In this document: positions 18,563 to 28,554 of the stretch, in pieces | Layout of the letters: every line of letters begins with the position of its first letter | Numbering within the stretch: position 1 is the stretch's first letter | Virus record (IMG/VR): IMGVR_UViG_3300043496_000175 | Location: 43,207-107,206 of that record | Direction: 5' to 3' (one strand) | Length of the DNA: 64,000 nucleotides | Origin: a virus | Notes under the pieces: generated by a model | Told to the model about the DNA's origin: nothing | Seen by the model: only the letters and a program-made list of their open reading frames with translations | Databases searched by the model: none | Translations under genes and position numbers: made by a program

Positions 18563-20365
18563 ATGAACGCACCCACAGGTAAGGCCCGCGTCCTTACCAA
18601 CCCGAGCAAGGTCGCTGACTTCTGGGACTGGCTCACACACCGCCCCCAAGGTTATGTCGCCTGCGACATCGAGTCGGGTTCCGATCCGGCAGGATCTGAG
18701 CTGGACATCTTCAAGCCTGGGTTCCACGTCCGGATGATGCAGTTCGGTGATGCTGACGGCGGCTGGGCCATCCCGTTCCAGGAGTGGAAGGGCCTGGTCC
18801 GGGGTGCGTTCGACTGGATCTCGGAATCCCGCACTCAGCACGTCTGGCACAACGGCTTCGGGTTCGACGCTCAGGCGCTCCGCCAAGAGGGCATCATCAT
18901 TGATCCCTCGATCATGCAGGACACCCAGATCTGGGCCGGTCTGGGTGGATTCGCCGGTGAGAGCCGTGGCCTGAAGCAGTTGGCGCGCAAGGAACTTGGC
19001 GACTTCGGAGCCAAGACCGCCATCGGTGCGGACAGGCTGCACAACGGCATGAAGCAAGCCGGGTGGACGTGGACCACTGTCCCCATGGGGTGGAAGCCCT
19101 ACCCGCTGTACGGCGTCATGGACACCATGGCCACCGCCCGGCTGTATGAGAAGTGGGAGCCCTGGCGCAAGCAGTTCGCCTACCACCACGACATGGAGAT
19201 CGCCGTTTCGGTGATCACCAACCAGATGGCCCGGACCGGGATGGTGGTGGATGGTGAGTACATCGCCATCAAGGTCGATGAGCTGATGGAGGAGGAAGCC
19301 GAACTCGAAGCACAGTGCAACGCCGCTGGCTGGGGCAATCCCTCCAACCGGGCGGACGCGCTGCGGGTCCTCAAGGCTGCCGGGGTGCTGGACGAGACCA
19401 GACTGACTGATGGCGGCCAGGTCTCGATCGACAAGAAGCAGCTCCGCAACGTGGACCATCCGCTGGCTCGGCTCCGGCTGCAGTACATGAAGGTTCAACG
19501 GATGCGGAAGGACTACCTGGAAAAGCTCCTGCACATGATCGGCGGGGAGATGTCACCGCAGGTGATCCACCCCTCGATCTGGAGCATGGCCGCCAAGACC
19601 GGCCGCATGTCGGTGTCGAACCCGCCACTGCAGCAGCTCCCGGCTGGGGACACCACCGCACGGCGAGCGTTCCTTCCGGACAATCCGGATCATGTTCTCA
19701 TCGGAGCAGATTTCGGACAAATAGAGATGAGGGCGTGGGCCATCCTCAACAATGACCCCATCCTCAAGCAGATGTTCAACCAGGCTGACGAGACCGGGGA
19801 TGACTTCTTCGTCCTGATGGGGCGAGACCTCTACGGGGAACCTGACTTTCAGAAGTCCGACCCACGCCGTTCCCCGATCAAGAACACCTCCTACGCCACC
19901 ATCTTCGCCGGGGGTATCAAGACCATCTCGGAGACCGCGAACCTACCGGAGTCTCAGGTGGAGCCGGTGCTGAACGCCCTCAAGAAGCGGTACCCCAGCT
20001 TCAAGGATCAGGGCGCTTCCATGGTGCACAAGAAGGACGGTGCCTATGAGATCTGGACGCCGAACGGACGTCGGTTCAAAGTGCGTGATCCCAAGGATGC
20101 TCGTGTGCTGCCGAACTGGGCCACGCAGGGTTGGGCCGCAACGATTCTCAAGGAGTCCGCATTGGGTTGCAAGGCAGCAGGACTAGGGGACAACCTCCGT
20201 CTGGCCGTACACGACGAGCTGATCCTGTCTGTGCCACGCAGAGAGGCCAAGGACGCAGCGCACGAGATGGAAGAGATCATGAACGCGCAGATCGATCCCG
20301 AGGAACACGGGGTCAGGATCTACGCCAAGGCCAACATCGGATCTAGCTGGGCGGAGCTGAAGTGA
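18563..20365 (+). CDS. polA: DNA polymerase, family A, with 3'-5' exonuclease domain
   Basis: DIES, HN..FD, Y...D exonuclease motifs; KTGRMS..NPPLQQ, ADFGQIEMR, R...K..SY, VHDE. Confidence 0.95.
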   Translation: MNAPTGKARVLTNPSKVADFWDWLTHRPQGYVACDIESGSDPAGSELDIFKPGFHVRMMQFGDADGGWAIPFQEWKGLVRGAFDWISESRTQHVWHNGFGFDAQALRQEGIIIDPSIMQDTQIWAGLGGFAGESRGLKQLARKELGDFGAKTAIGADRLHNGMKQAGWTWTTVPMGWKPYPLYGVMDTMATARLYEKWEPWRKQFAYHHDMEIAVSVITNQMARTGMVVDGEYIAIKVDELMEEEAELEAQCNAAGWGNPSNRADALRVLKAAGVLDETRLTDGGQVSIDKKQLRNVDHPLARLRLQYMKVQRMRKDYLEKLLHMIGGEMSPQVIHPSIWSMAAKTGRMSVSNPPLQQLPAGDTTARRAFLPDNPDHVLIGADFGQIEMRAWAILNNDPILKQMFNQADETGDDFFVLMGRDLYGEPDFQKSDPRRSPIKNTSYATIFAGGIKTISETANLPESQVEPVLNALKKRYPSFKDQGASMVHKKDGAYEIWTPNGRRFKVRDPKDARVLPNWATQGWAATILKESALGCKAAGLGDNLRLAVHDELILSVPRREAKDAAHEMEEIMNAQIDPEEHGVRIYAKANIGSSWAELK

Positions 20366-20817
20366 GCAAGTTGATAGCTGTTACCGGGTACAAGAACTCG
20401 GGCAAGAACGCGGTGTGTGATGTCCTCCGGGACACCTACGGGTTCGAGGTCACTGGCATGGCTGATGCACTCAAGGAGCGATTTCCAGAGATCCGGCGGC
20501 TCCTGCAGAAGGCTGGCACCGAGGGCGGGCGTGACATCTTCGGTCAGGAGATCTGGCCCAAGACCTGGTACAAAAGCGCAAAGGTCTTGCTGGAGCAGGG
20601 CTATGACGTCTGCGTCTCCGACCTCCGGTTCCTGAACGAGGCTGCGTTTGTGCGAGAACTCGGTGGAGAGGTGTGGCGGGTGTACCGGCCAGGCACCGAC
20701 GTCGGAGACAAGCACAAGAGCGAGACCGAGTTGGATTCCATCACGCCAGACCGGGTGATCCAGAACAACGGAAGTCTGGCTGATCTGCACGGACTGGTTG
20801 TAGGGGCGATGCTATGA
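20362..20817 (+). CDS. deoxynucleoside monophosphate kinase
   Basis: GYKNSGK P-loop, ADALK, R..LQ..GTE.GR, SDLRF.NE, H.SE. Confidence 0.85.
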   Translation: MSKLIAVTGYKNSGKNAVCDVLRDTYGFEVTGMADALKERFPEIRRLLQKAGTEGGRDIFGQEIWPKTWYKSAKVLLEQGYDVCVSDLRFLNEAAFVRELGGEVWRVYRPGTDVGDKHKSETELDSITPDRVIQNNGSLADLHGLVVGAML

Positions 20818-21293
20818 AGGTTCTCGCGGTAGACCCTGGAGGCACCAGCAAGACTACCCGTGGCACCCGGCCGCAGGGCGTGAACGGAGCCACCGGAGCG
20901 GTGCTGTTCGAGCCGATCTCCAAGCTGGAGATCCGTGTGCTGGAGTGGCGAGAGACCGTGGAACGCATGGAGTTCCTGGACTGGGCAGCAGCCTTGAGAC
21001 TCTACGGAGGCGTAGAGTACTGTATCTGCGAAGCGTATAAACCGGCCTCGTTCGTCAAGACCTGGGAGCCGGATGTCATCTACATTATCGGCAGCCTGGA
21101 ACTGATCTTCCGGCCGGAGCGGTTCTTCAACCACACCTTCGCCGGGGCCGCCAAGGCGTGGGGGACACCGGATAAGCTCCGTCCCTACCGTCTCGGGGAC
21201 AACCCGGTCGGCAAGGGTGGCGGCGGGCACGCGCTCATGGCTCTGAGCCACGCACTGCACTGGACAGCCAACCACTGGAACGGGAAGTCATGA
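20814..21293 (+). CDS. RuvC-like Holliday junction resolvase
   Basis: VLAVDPG, ICE and C-terminal HA..A..H. Confidence 0.65.
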   Translation: MKVLAVDPGGTSKTTRGTRPQGVNGATGAVLFEPISKLEIRVLEWRETVERMEFLDWAAALRLYGGVEYCICEAYKPASFVKTWEPDVIYIIGSLELIFRPERFFNHTFAGAAKAWGTPDKLRPYRLGDNPVGKGGGGHALMALSHALHWTANHWNGKS

Positions 21294-23356
21294 CACAGTT
21301 GGAACTCTTGTTTCTCCCGGAGAGCGTGGGAGACCGACGCAACGCCGGACGCTTGGCTGTTTGCCACCCTCCCACTTTCCTGGACCGCATCAAGGCGATC
21401 CCAGGGTTCCGGTGGAGCACGCTGGGCAAGGTCAGCACCCTTCCGCGTGGCTGGCCGTCCGTGCTGGCGCTGGGGACCGTTTCACAGACCACCGGCGTCC
21501 CATTGGCTCCTGATGCAGAGGTCAAGGCCTGGTACAAGAAATCCGCTGAAGAGTGGAAGACGCTGCGGAAACTATCCGCAACGCTGGGGGTCGGGGAGAA
21601 GGCTGAGGGCCTGAGCTACTACCCGCACCAGGTGGCCGGTTCACAGTGGTTGTTGGCTGACACCGAGATGCGCGGCCGGATCCTGCTGGACGAAACTGGG
21701 ATCGGCAAAACGGGTACGTTCATCGCCGCCGTGCAGCAAGGACAGCTCCACAAGGAGGGTCCGATCTTGGTGGTCTGCCCGGAGTCGGTGATCACGACCG
21801 GTTGGTTACGGACACTGCAGACTTTCGGACCGGAGCTGCGTTTCATCAAGATCACCGGCAACGCTACTCAGAGGAGCAAGAAGCTCGCTCAGGTGCGCGC
21901 AGGTGAGTTCGACGTCGCCATCCTGGGGTACTCGAACCTACGCACGTCCAGTCGCTTCGAGGCAGCTCCCGGCAAGTCGCTCCGGCGTTGCATCGCCTGC
22001 GGTGGGCCACGACTTACGTCCGGCTTGACTGATGAGAACGGCAAGCCGATCCCAGACATCGAGCCGGGCCATGAGCTGCACCTCAGCGAGGAGGGCTCCC
22101 AGGTGGTCTGCGACGACACGCTTTGTGACTACGTGGGAACCCTGTTCACAGGAGAAGATGCAGACAAGAAAGCTCTCGCGGAAGGTGAGGCGCACACCAA
22201 GGAGACCAAGGGCCGCACCATCCGGGAGGTCACCGAAGCGCAGTGCCAGGTCCATATGAAGGATCTGAACACCATCGGCTGGTCGGTGATCATCGCGGAC
22301 GAGGCGCACCGCGCGCTCAACCACGAGTCCCAGACCGCTCAGGCTCTCAACGGTGTCGGCAAGTACGCCCCTGGCGAGCCCCGCCGGTGGGCGGCCACCG
22401 GCACCCCGATCTCCAAACAGATCGACCAGGCGTGGGTGCTACTGCACTTCGCAGACCCCGTCTCCTGGCCGAACGGATCCCGCAGCAAGTGGGTGGACTG
22501 GTACTGCAACGCTGGCTACAACTGGGCCGGGTTCTGGGAAGTCTTCGGCTGGAAGGAGGAGCGGAAAGACGAGTTCCAGGCCACCTACACCGGCATCACG
22601 CGGCGGGTGCTCAAGGAGCAGGTGCTCAAGGATCTGCCGCCCAAGCTGCGTGGTGGGTCTCTGGAAGAGCACCTGACCATGGGTGGTGAGCAGTTGCGGG
22701 TTTACAACGAGATGCGCGATGAAATGCTCGCTTTGGTGGACGAGGGTGCCATCACCGCCAAGGATGTCCTGGTGCAGGCCGGTCGGCTGTCCCTGCTGGC
22801 ATCCGGTACCGGCTACCCCATCTCCGACACCGAAATCGGGATAAAGCCACCCAGCGTCAAGCTGGAGCGGCTGATCGAGATGTGGAAGGACGGGGAGTGG
22901 AAGGGTGAGCAGGTCGCCTTCCTGTTCACCTCCCGTAAGGCGCTGCGGATGGTGGAGGAGCGGATCTATGCAGAAGGCCTGGCCACTCCGATGGACCTGG
23001 CGCTCATCTGTGGCGGGATCCCACAGAAGACCCGAGACCTGGACATCGAGGACTTCCAGTCCGGCAAGCGGAAGACCGTGCTGCTGACCTACGCGGCAGG
23101 CGGAACCGGCATCACCTTGACGGCAGCTTCTACCGTGATCGTGTTCGAGCGGAACTGGTCATCGATTCTCAACGTCCAGGGTGAAGATCGGTTCCACCGC
23201 ATCGGTTCCGAGCGGCACGCTGCCATCACCTACCGAGACCTGGTGGTGGCCAACAGCAATGAGATCGCTCAACTGGCGCGGCTTGATGAGAAGGCTGAGG
23301 CGCTGGAATCAATCGTCCATGACCGGGACAAGCTCCGGGCCCTATTCGGTGGGTAG
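21290..23356 (+). CDS. SNF2-family helicase with Cys-rich insertion
   Basis: DETGIGKT, DEAH, TGTP, GTGITLTAA, QGEDRFHRIG. Confidence 0.9.
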   Translation: MTQLELLFLPESVGDRRNAGRLAVCHPPTFLDRIKAIPGFRWSTLGKVSTLPRGWPSVLALGTVSQTTGVPLAPDAEVKAWYKKSAEEWKTLRKLSATLGVGEKAEGLSYYPHQVAGSQWLLADTEMRGRILLDETGIGKTGTFIAAVQQGQLHKEGPILVVCPESVITTGWLRTLQTFGPELRFIKITGNATQRSKKLAQVRAGEFDVAILGYSNLRTSSRFEAAPGKSLRRCIACGGPRLTSGLTDENGKPIPDIEPGHELHLSEEGSQVVCDDTLCDYVGTLFTGEDADKKALAEGEAHTKETKGRTIREVTEAQCQVHMKDLNTIGWSVIIADEAHRALNHESQTAQALNGVGKYAPGEPRRWAATGTPISKQIDQAWVLLHFADPVSWPNGSRSKWVDWYCNAGYNWAGFWEVFGWKEERKDEFQATYTGITRRVLKEQVLKDLPPKLRGGSLEEHLTMGGEQLRVYNEMRDEMLALVDEGAITAKDVLVQAGRLSLLASGTGYPISDTEIGIKPPSVKLERLIEMWKDGEWKGEQVAFLFTSRKALRMVEERIYAEGLATPMDLALICGGIPQKTRDLDIEDFQSGKRKTVLLTYAAGGTGITLTAASTVIVFERNWSSILNVQGEDRFHRIGSERHAAITYRDLVVANSNEIAQLARLDEKAEALESIVHDRDKLRALFGG

Positions 23357-23366
23357 TATCTTTCCC

Positions 23367-23696
23367 ATGCCTCAACGACGCCGCGTCCTGGCCGAGCCCG
23401 ACGCCCAGGTGGCTATTCAGCTCAAGTCCAACCCTGGGCAGTGGTACGCCATCTCATCCAGGCAGAAGGATCAGAAACATACCCTCAGTCAGGTGGCGTA
23501 CCGGATCCGGAAAGGACAACAGTCAGCGTTCCGTTGCAACGCAGGGGTTTTCGAGACCACTGTGGTGACAGACGAAACGCGGACTGATCCGGTAGAGCTG
23601 TTGGCTAGGTACGTACCCGCCGAACGAGATTCAGAACCGGCTTCACCTGAGTCTTCGGTGGCTGCGTCAGTTGCGCCCGCATCGACGGGTGCCTGA
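23367..23696 (+). CDS. hypothetical protein
   Basis: MPQRRRV...LKSNPGQW; TAGTAT 7 nt upstream (possibly leaderless). Confidence 0.55.
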   Translation: MPQRRRVLAEPDAQVAIQLKSNPGQWYAISSRQKDQKHTLSQVAYRIRKGQQSAFRCNAGVFETTVVTDETRTDPVELLARYVPAERDSEPASPESSVAASVAPASTGA

Positions 23697-23955
23697 GCAC
23701 TGAGCCGGTCAGTTCCGGGTTGGCCACCATGTCCCGGGCCAGGTTCTTCGGGACATGGTGGACGGCCAAGTGGCGGTCCAGGGTGGATTTCACGGTTGAG
23801 TCCAGGTACTCCCGGGACATCGCTGACACCGGCTGAAGTTTGGTTCGTTCCTCCACCCGTTCCATTTGCCGGGAAGCCGCTTCGCTGGCCTCCTGCAACG
23901 TCATGCCGTACTCGTCCTGCAGTTGGTTGGCGACGTACGCCTCAAGTTCGCTCAT
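23605..23955 (-). CDS. hypothetical protein
   Basis: TATACT just upstream of ATG; 92-bp convergent overlap. Confidence 0.5.
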   Translation of the reverse strand: MSELEAYVANQLQDEYGMTLQEASEAASRQMERVEERTKLQPVSAMSREYLDSTVKSTLDRHLAVHHVPKNLARDMVANPELTGSVLRHPSMRAQLTQPPKTQVKPVLNLVRRVRT

Positions 23956-23976
23956 GAGGAAAGTATAGTCGTCTGG

Positions 23977-26649
23977 TCAACTACGAGGGCGGGTAATACT
24001 GATCGTGGTGCCTCGTTCTGGGCCAGTAGTAAGACGAACTGGAATCCTATGGATGATCTCTTGGTTTCCGGCCGGAACAACATCCAGGACAGCCGTCCCC
24101 TCACCAGAGGCAGAGACCGAGCGGGTCACCACCAAGTGAGGGGCTACCGTCCCTACCAAGGTGCCGGAACCGGATGCCGTGATGCTGAGACGGTTACCCG
24201 GAGCCACCGTCACTGTGGCGGTACCAGACCCTGATGCAGCTAGAGCATCAGCGTGGGCATGCTTGAACAGCAGCGTGATACCACCGGTACCAGTACCTGA
24301 CGCCGTTGCGGAGATGCTGTGCCCTGGCCTGATATTGGTGATGGATGCTGTACCGGAACCAGACGCGGTGGCGGTGGCAAGCTGTACCTGTCCAGCCGTC
24401 ACAACGGTGGTGCCATCACCGGACGCGGCTACGGTGAGGGCGGTAGCACTTCTAGTTGCGGTAACCGAGGCCGTTCCGGTGCCGGAAGCAGTAACGGTCA
24501 CCATCTGAGAAGGCACCGACGTCACCACGCTGGTACCGGAACCGGATGCGGAGATGTTCAATCGCTGGCCAGGCACCACTGTTGCTACCGATGTACCGGA
24601 GCCGGATGCAGCAACCGAGACCGGCATGGTCCAGGTCATGGTCATGGAAACCCGTTCGATCCAGGTAGTGGTTCCTGAGTCGTAGGCCATGCCGTTGTAG
24701 TCGATCGTCAGCGTGCCACCGGCATCGGTGACGTCATACCAGCCGTACTGCCGGGCGGATCCAGAGCTGGTGGGCCACTTCCCGTCTGAGACAGTTTGCC
24801 CGTAGGTGTTGGCCGTGGTGCTCATCGGCGCATTGCCGGTGGTGGGGAACCCGCCCCAAGAGTTGTTGGCCCCACTGTCCGCGAACAGGGTGTGGATGTC
24901 GCCGCCAGCTCGCACGATGTGATCAGACACCCACGGTTTACCGGCAATGTAGGTACCGAGTTCAGTTCGCTCCGTGGAGTACGCCGTCCAGGTGCTGTTC
25001 GTTCCGCCAGTGGCTGCCGCACCGAGCCAGCCGCCGTCTCCCAGCCACACCACGGCCTGCTGCGCTGCTTCAGCGGCATCGATCTCCGCTTTGAACCAGG
25101 CCTTCTGAGCTGTCCCTAGTTTGCTCTTAGAGGAGTTGTCCGTAGCTCCCCGGGCTGATGCCATGGTCAGCTCATCAGTCTGGATGAACCGAACCCGTCC
25201 CACTACCCAGGAACGGGCCTGGGTGTCCGCCAACGGCAGCGTCGGATTCGGGAATTGGGCACGGTACGCGGCCTGCACATTGCCGCCGGTAAACCCTACC
25301 CAAGTGCCGTCAGAGTTCGAGCCCGCCCCGTCACAATCGGAGTAGGTGTGGTGAATCGGGATCTCCCGGTACAGCCGCATGGGTAGCGGTCCGGTGATGG
25401 TGAGTTCCCGGTCAGCTACCAACGTGGCCGTGTTCGCCGGGGCGATAGGAGTGCCGCCAGAACCGATGTACGGATACCCCATATCACCGAGATGGGAACC
25501 GAACAGTGCCGTGAGACTACCAACGCCGGTCTTGGTGCGGATGTGCTCATAGACGTTGGAGCCGATCCAGTCATGACAGGAACCCACCCAGAACGAGAAC
25601 GATGCCAAAGATCCCACTGTCGGCAGAGTCCGAGCCATCCCTTGCTTTCCCAGGTCCAGGTGTCCATCATGCTCGATCGCCCAGTAGTACTGGGTGTTCG
25701 CGGTGAGACCGGTTGCGGCGTGGTGGGTGTATCCGTAGACGTCGGGGGTTTGCGCGCTGGTGTACGAGGCACTGGACAGGTCCGAGTTAACCGACACAGC
25801 CATCCGCGCGGTGGTACCGGTGGTTTTCGCTACCGTCGCGAAGCCGGACGAGGTTGGTGCACCCGCCATGCACAGGATCAGTCCCTGCGTGACTGTGGGG
25901 ATAGCTGTACCGGAACCTGATGCGGCAACGGTGAACGCGGTGGCGGACCGGACCGCTGTGACAACAGATGTGCCTTCACCGGAAGCGGTAACGGTGGCCG
26001 GGATCGCGGAAGAAGCCTCTTGCAACGCAAGAATCGCTGACCCAGCAACGGATGTCACCGCCGCACCGGTCGCGGTGCGGGAGTAGGTTCCAGCGGCCTG
26101 CGAACCAGCGTCCTCTGTAGCCACACACGCCGACACAGCCAGGGTGGCGGTGCCACGGCTGGTACCGGAGATGGTGAAGGTGGACCCGTTGCGGTCCGCC
26201 CAGGCAGCCAGGAGCTGCCTCGTGCCAGCCGTGGTGATACTGCTGGTGGTGCGGGTACCGGAGGAGGCTACCTGCGCGAGGTATGCCGCTTCACCGCTGA
26301 CAATCGGGGTGGTGGTGTCCACTCCGGACCAGGCCTGCACCACGATCGCAGCATGTGCACCGGAGGGAGCGGTGTAGTTCCACGTCCAAGAGGAGCCCTC
26401 GGAAGCCGCGACCTTGACGTACACGTCGAGCCTGATTGACGTGGACGCACCGAGGTCGTTCCCACCGACCACCAGTGTCCAGCCTGACGGTGGGGTGACG
26501 GTGACATCGAAGTTGGCTCCCAGTGCTTGGGTTGCCAGGTAAGCCAGTAGCACATGCCCGTCCGCTGTGCCGGTGGGCTTGTTGCAGGCGAGTGAGGTGG
26601 CCGGGTTCTGAACCGTATTGCTGGCTGATGCGACGAAGGCAATACTCAC
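23977..26649 (-). CDS. virion-type protein with PhoD-like metallophosphatase domain flanked by ASGSGT repeats
   Basis: GL.ANT.YYW (FN3-like), GSC, HLGDMGY, LG..QK.WF, GDIH; about 10 (T/S)ASG.GT repeats. Confidence 0.75.
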   Translation of the reverse strand: MSIAFVASASNTVQNPATSLACNKPTGTADGHVLLAYLATQALGANFDVTVTPPSGWTLVVGGNDLGASTSIRLDVYVKVAASEGSSWTWNYTAPSGAHAAIVVQAWSGVDTTTPIVSGEAAYLAQVASSGTRTTSSITTAGTRQLLAAWADRNGSTFTISGTSRGTATLAVSACVATEDAGSQAAGTYSRTATGAAVTSVAGSAILALQEASSAIPATVTASGEGTSVVTAVRSATAFTVAASGSGTAIPTVTQGLILCMAGAPTSSGFATVAKTTGTTARMAVSVNSDLSSASYTSAQTPDVYGYTHHAATGLTANTQYYWAIEHDGHLDLGKQGMARTLPTVGSLASFSFWVGSCHDWIGSNVYEHIRTKTGVGSLTALFGSHLGDMGYPYIGSGGTPIAPANTATLVADRELTITGPLPMRLYREIPIHHTYSDCDGAGSNSDGTWVGFTGGNVQAAYRAQFPNPTLPLADTQARSWVVGRVRFIQTDELTMASARGATDNSSKSKLGTAQKAWFKAEIDAAEAAQQAVVWLGDGGWLGAAATGGTNSTWTAYSTERTELGTYIAGKPWVSDHIVRAGGDIHTLFADSGANNSWGGFPTTGNAPMSTTANTYGQTVSDGKWPTSSGSARQYGWYDVTDAGGTLTIDYNGMAYDSGTTTWIERVSMTMTWTMPVSVAASGSGTSVATVVPGQRLNISASGSGTSVVTSVPSQMVTVTASGTGTASVTATRSATALTVAASGDGTTVVTAGQVQLATATASGSGTASITNIRPGHSISATASGTGTGGITLLFKHAHADALAASGSGTATVTVAPGNRLSITASGSGTLVGTVAPHLVVTRSVSASGEGTAVLDVVPAGNQEIIHRIPVRLTTGPERGTTISITRPRS

Positions 26650-26798
26650 GACAGCCTCCCCCGGTCAGTGGTCACCTCTTCAACTTGGTGCCTCAACCAG
26701 TCGGGAAGGTCCTCCGGCAACTCCGCTCCTGCACGGACTACCTCGACCCAACCCTGGACGGCCCAGCTTCGTGGAGCCAGATCATCATCGGATCCCAC
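26646..26798 (-). CDS. hypothetical 50-aa protein
   Basis: GAGGAGG SD, GTG start, GTGA overlap with next gene; read manually. Confidence 0.5.
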   Translation of the reverse strand: MGSDDDLAPRSWAVQGWVEVVRAGAELPEDLPDWLRHQVEEVTTDRGRLS

Positions 26799-26833
26799 AG
26801 CGATTTCCCTCCTCTCAGGGGGAGGAGGGAAGG

Positions 26834-27175
26834 TCAGGTCTGGGTGTAGGTGATGCTGACGACGGCGGTGCCGTCACCGGGGTACACGATGTCGGTGACG
26901 TCGAAGCCGTCCCGGAAGGAACCAGAGGTCAGGGCTGACCAGCCACCGACATGGGTCAAGGTGCCACCGGTGTTCACGATGTCGATCGTGGCGGTCCCGG
27001 TGATCGCAGAGGTAGCAGCGGTGCCCCAGGTGATCGCACCTCGCGCATACCCGGTGCCGGACATTTCATTCGCGCCGGTGGTGGATGGGCTGGCGGTGTG
27101 GGCCGACAGATGGGTCACCAGCGTGGAGTAGTACGTCGCCATGAGGGTGCGAGTTGCTTCAACGGAGATCGCCAT
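26834..27175 (-). CDS. small virion structural protein (fibre adaptor-like)
   Basis: HTASP...ANE.SG.GYAR..ITW...TH.G.WSA.T.G motif. Confidence 0.65.
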   Translation of the reverse strand: MAISVEATRTLMATYYSTLVTHLSAHTASPSTTGANEMSGTGYARGAITWGTAATSAITGTATIDIVNTGGTLTHVGGWSALTSGSFRDGFDVTDIVYPGDGTAVVSITYTQT

Positions 27176-27217
27176 TGGTCAGCCTTTCACAGGAGGTTGT
27201 CCTGTAGCTTAGACGCT

Positions 27218-28285
27218 CTACGCAGGTAGGGCGTAGATCCGCACGTAGTCCACCTGGTAGTCCAGGTTCTGGGTGTAGGCCTTGTTCGCCGGATCCGGCA
27301 AACCCCAGTACGCCACAGATGGTCCGATGTGCATGTTCAGACGGACGTGCATCGGTGAACCGAAGTAGGCCGCGTTCCACAGACCGGTGCCACCGTCTGC
27401 CGACGGAGTCACCCGCATGATTTGAACACCGTCTACAAAGGTAGCGGCATAGTCCGGGGTGTACTCGAAGGCGTAGACGTGGAAGTCCTGCCAGACGTTC
27501 GCAGGGCCACCGTGTTCCTTGTGCCGCCAGAACTTCTTGGTCCCGGAGCCATCGGTCTTGGTGTGGATGGTGGTGACTGCGGTGTCCTTCAGATACTTGG
27601 TGTGGTCGGTGGCCATGGTGCCGCCATACCCCCACGCCTCCATGATGTCGATCTCCCCGGATCGGTCATTCGGGCGCAGCCAGAACGCTGCCAAGGAACC
27701 CCTGGTGTTCGGGCCGGTCGGGGTCTTGCAACGGATCTCCCACCGGCCATAGGTCTGAGAGAACGTCTTGTCCCCGGTCTTGAGGGGCCGCAGATCGATA
27801 TACCCGGTGGTGTGGGTGAGTACCGTGACGCCGGTGGCGGATGCTGAGCGGGACCGGGGAGCGTCCGGCAGCCACTCACCTTTGATGTGCAGCAACCCGT
27901 TGGAGACGGTGACGTTGGCGGCTTCCGGGATCCCGGCGTCGATCCCGAGACCGAAGTTCGCTTGCGTCCGAACGTTCCACTTGTCCAAGCCACCGGTGAA
28001 CTCATCCCGCCAGACCGGGGTGCCCCAGTAGAACAAGTCTGCGGGATCCGTGGGAGGGGTAACCGGGTTCTCCAGTTCCGTGATCCGCGTCTTCAGCGTG
28101 GCGATTTCATCTTCGCGGCGAGCCACCTGTGTGGTCAGGTCAGCGATCTGGTTGCTCTTGACCTCCACAGCGGCGGCGAGTTGAGCGCGGGCGTTCTCCG
28201 CATCCATCAACTTGGTGGTCAACTCCGAGACCAGTGTGTCCACGTAAACGTTCAGTAGCCGGGCGATCTCATCGGAGTGAGCCAT
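27218..28285 (-). CDS. glycoside hydrolase family 16 with N-terminal coiled coil
   Basis: WRDEF, YGRWEIR, AFWL, catalytic EIDIME, FHVY, VDYVRIY; start set at MAHSD. Confidence 0.9.
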   Translation of the reverse strand: MAHSDEIARLLNVYVDTLVSELTTKLMDAENARAQLAAAVEVKSNQIADLTTQVARREDEIATLKTRITELENPVTPPTDPADLFYWGTPVWRDEFTGGLDKWNVRTQANFGLGIDAGIPEAANVTVSNGLLHIKGEWLPDAPRSRSASATGVTVLTHTTGYIDLRPLKTGDKTFSQTYGRWEIRCKTPTGPNTRGSLAAFWLRPNDRSGEIDIMEAWGYGGTMATDHTKYLKDTAVTTIHTKTDGSGTKKFWRHKEHGGPANVWQDFHVYAFEYTPDYAATFVDGVQIMRVTPSADGGTGLWNAAYFGSPMHVRLNMHIGPSVAYWGLPDPANKAYTQNLDYQVDYVRIYALPA

Positions 28286-28286
28286 A

Positions 28287-28553
28287 TCAGAGCCAATCTG
28301 TGGCGGTAGCCCGGAACAGGGTGGCCTGATGCCATGCCCCGTCATCGAGCAGAATCATGTGGTGCGCAGCATCGGTTTTGATGTACTGCTCATACACCCG
28401 GGCTTGCAACCCGGAGGGGATCTCTGAAGAAGCGAACTGCTCATACACTCGTGCCAGGACCGAGGTGTAAGTGGTGGCGTACTGCTCATACACCCGTGCC
28501 AGGTTCGCGGTGTAGGTAGAAGCGTGCTGCTCGTAAACCTTGGCGGTAGCCAT
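28287..28553 (-). CDS. small protein with four (K/R)VYEQ repeats
   Basis: About 15-aa repeat unit; tightly packed in operon. Confidence 0.6.
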   Translation of the reverse strand: MATAKVYEQHASTYTANLARVYEQYATTYTSVLARVYEQFASSEIPSGLQARVYEQYIKTDAAHHMILLDDGAWHQATLFRATATDWL

Positions 28554-28554
28554 A

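Noticed and set aside
21960-22260. Intein in the helicase
   Set aside because: No C-terminal HN/C,S,T splice junction or LAGLIDADG motif was seen.
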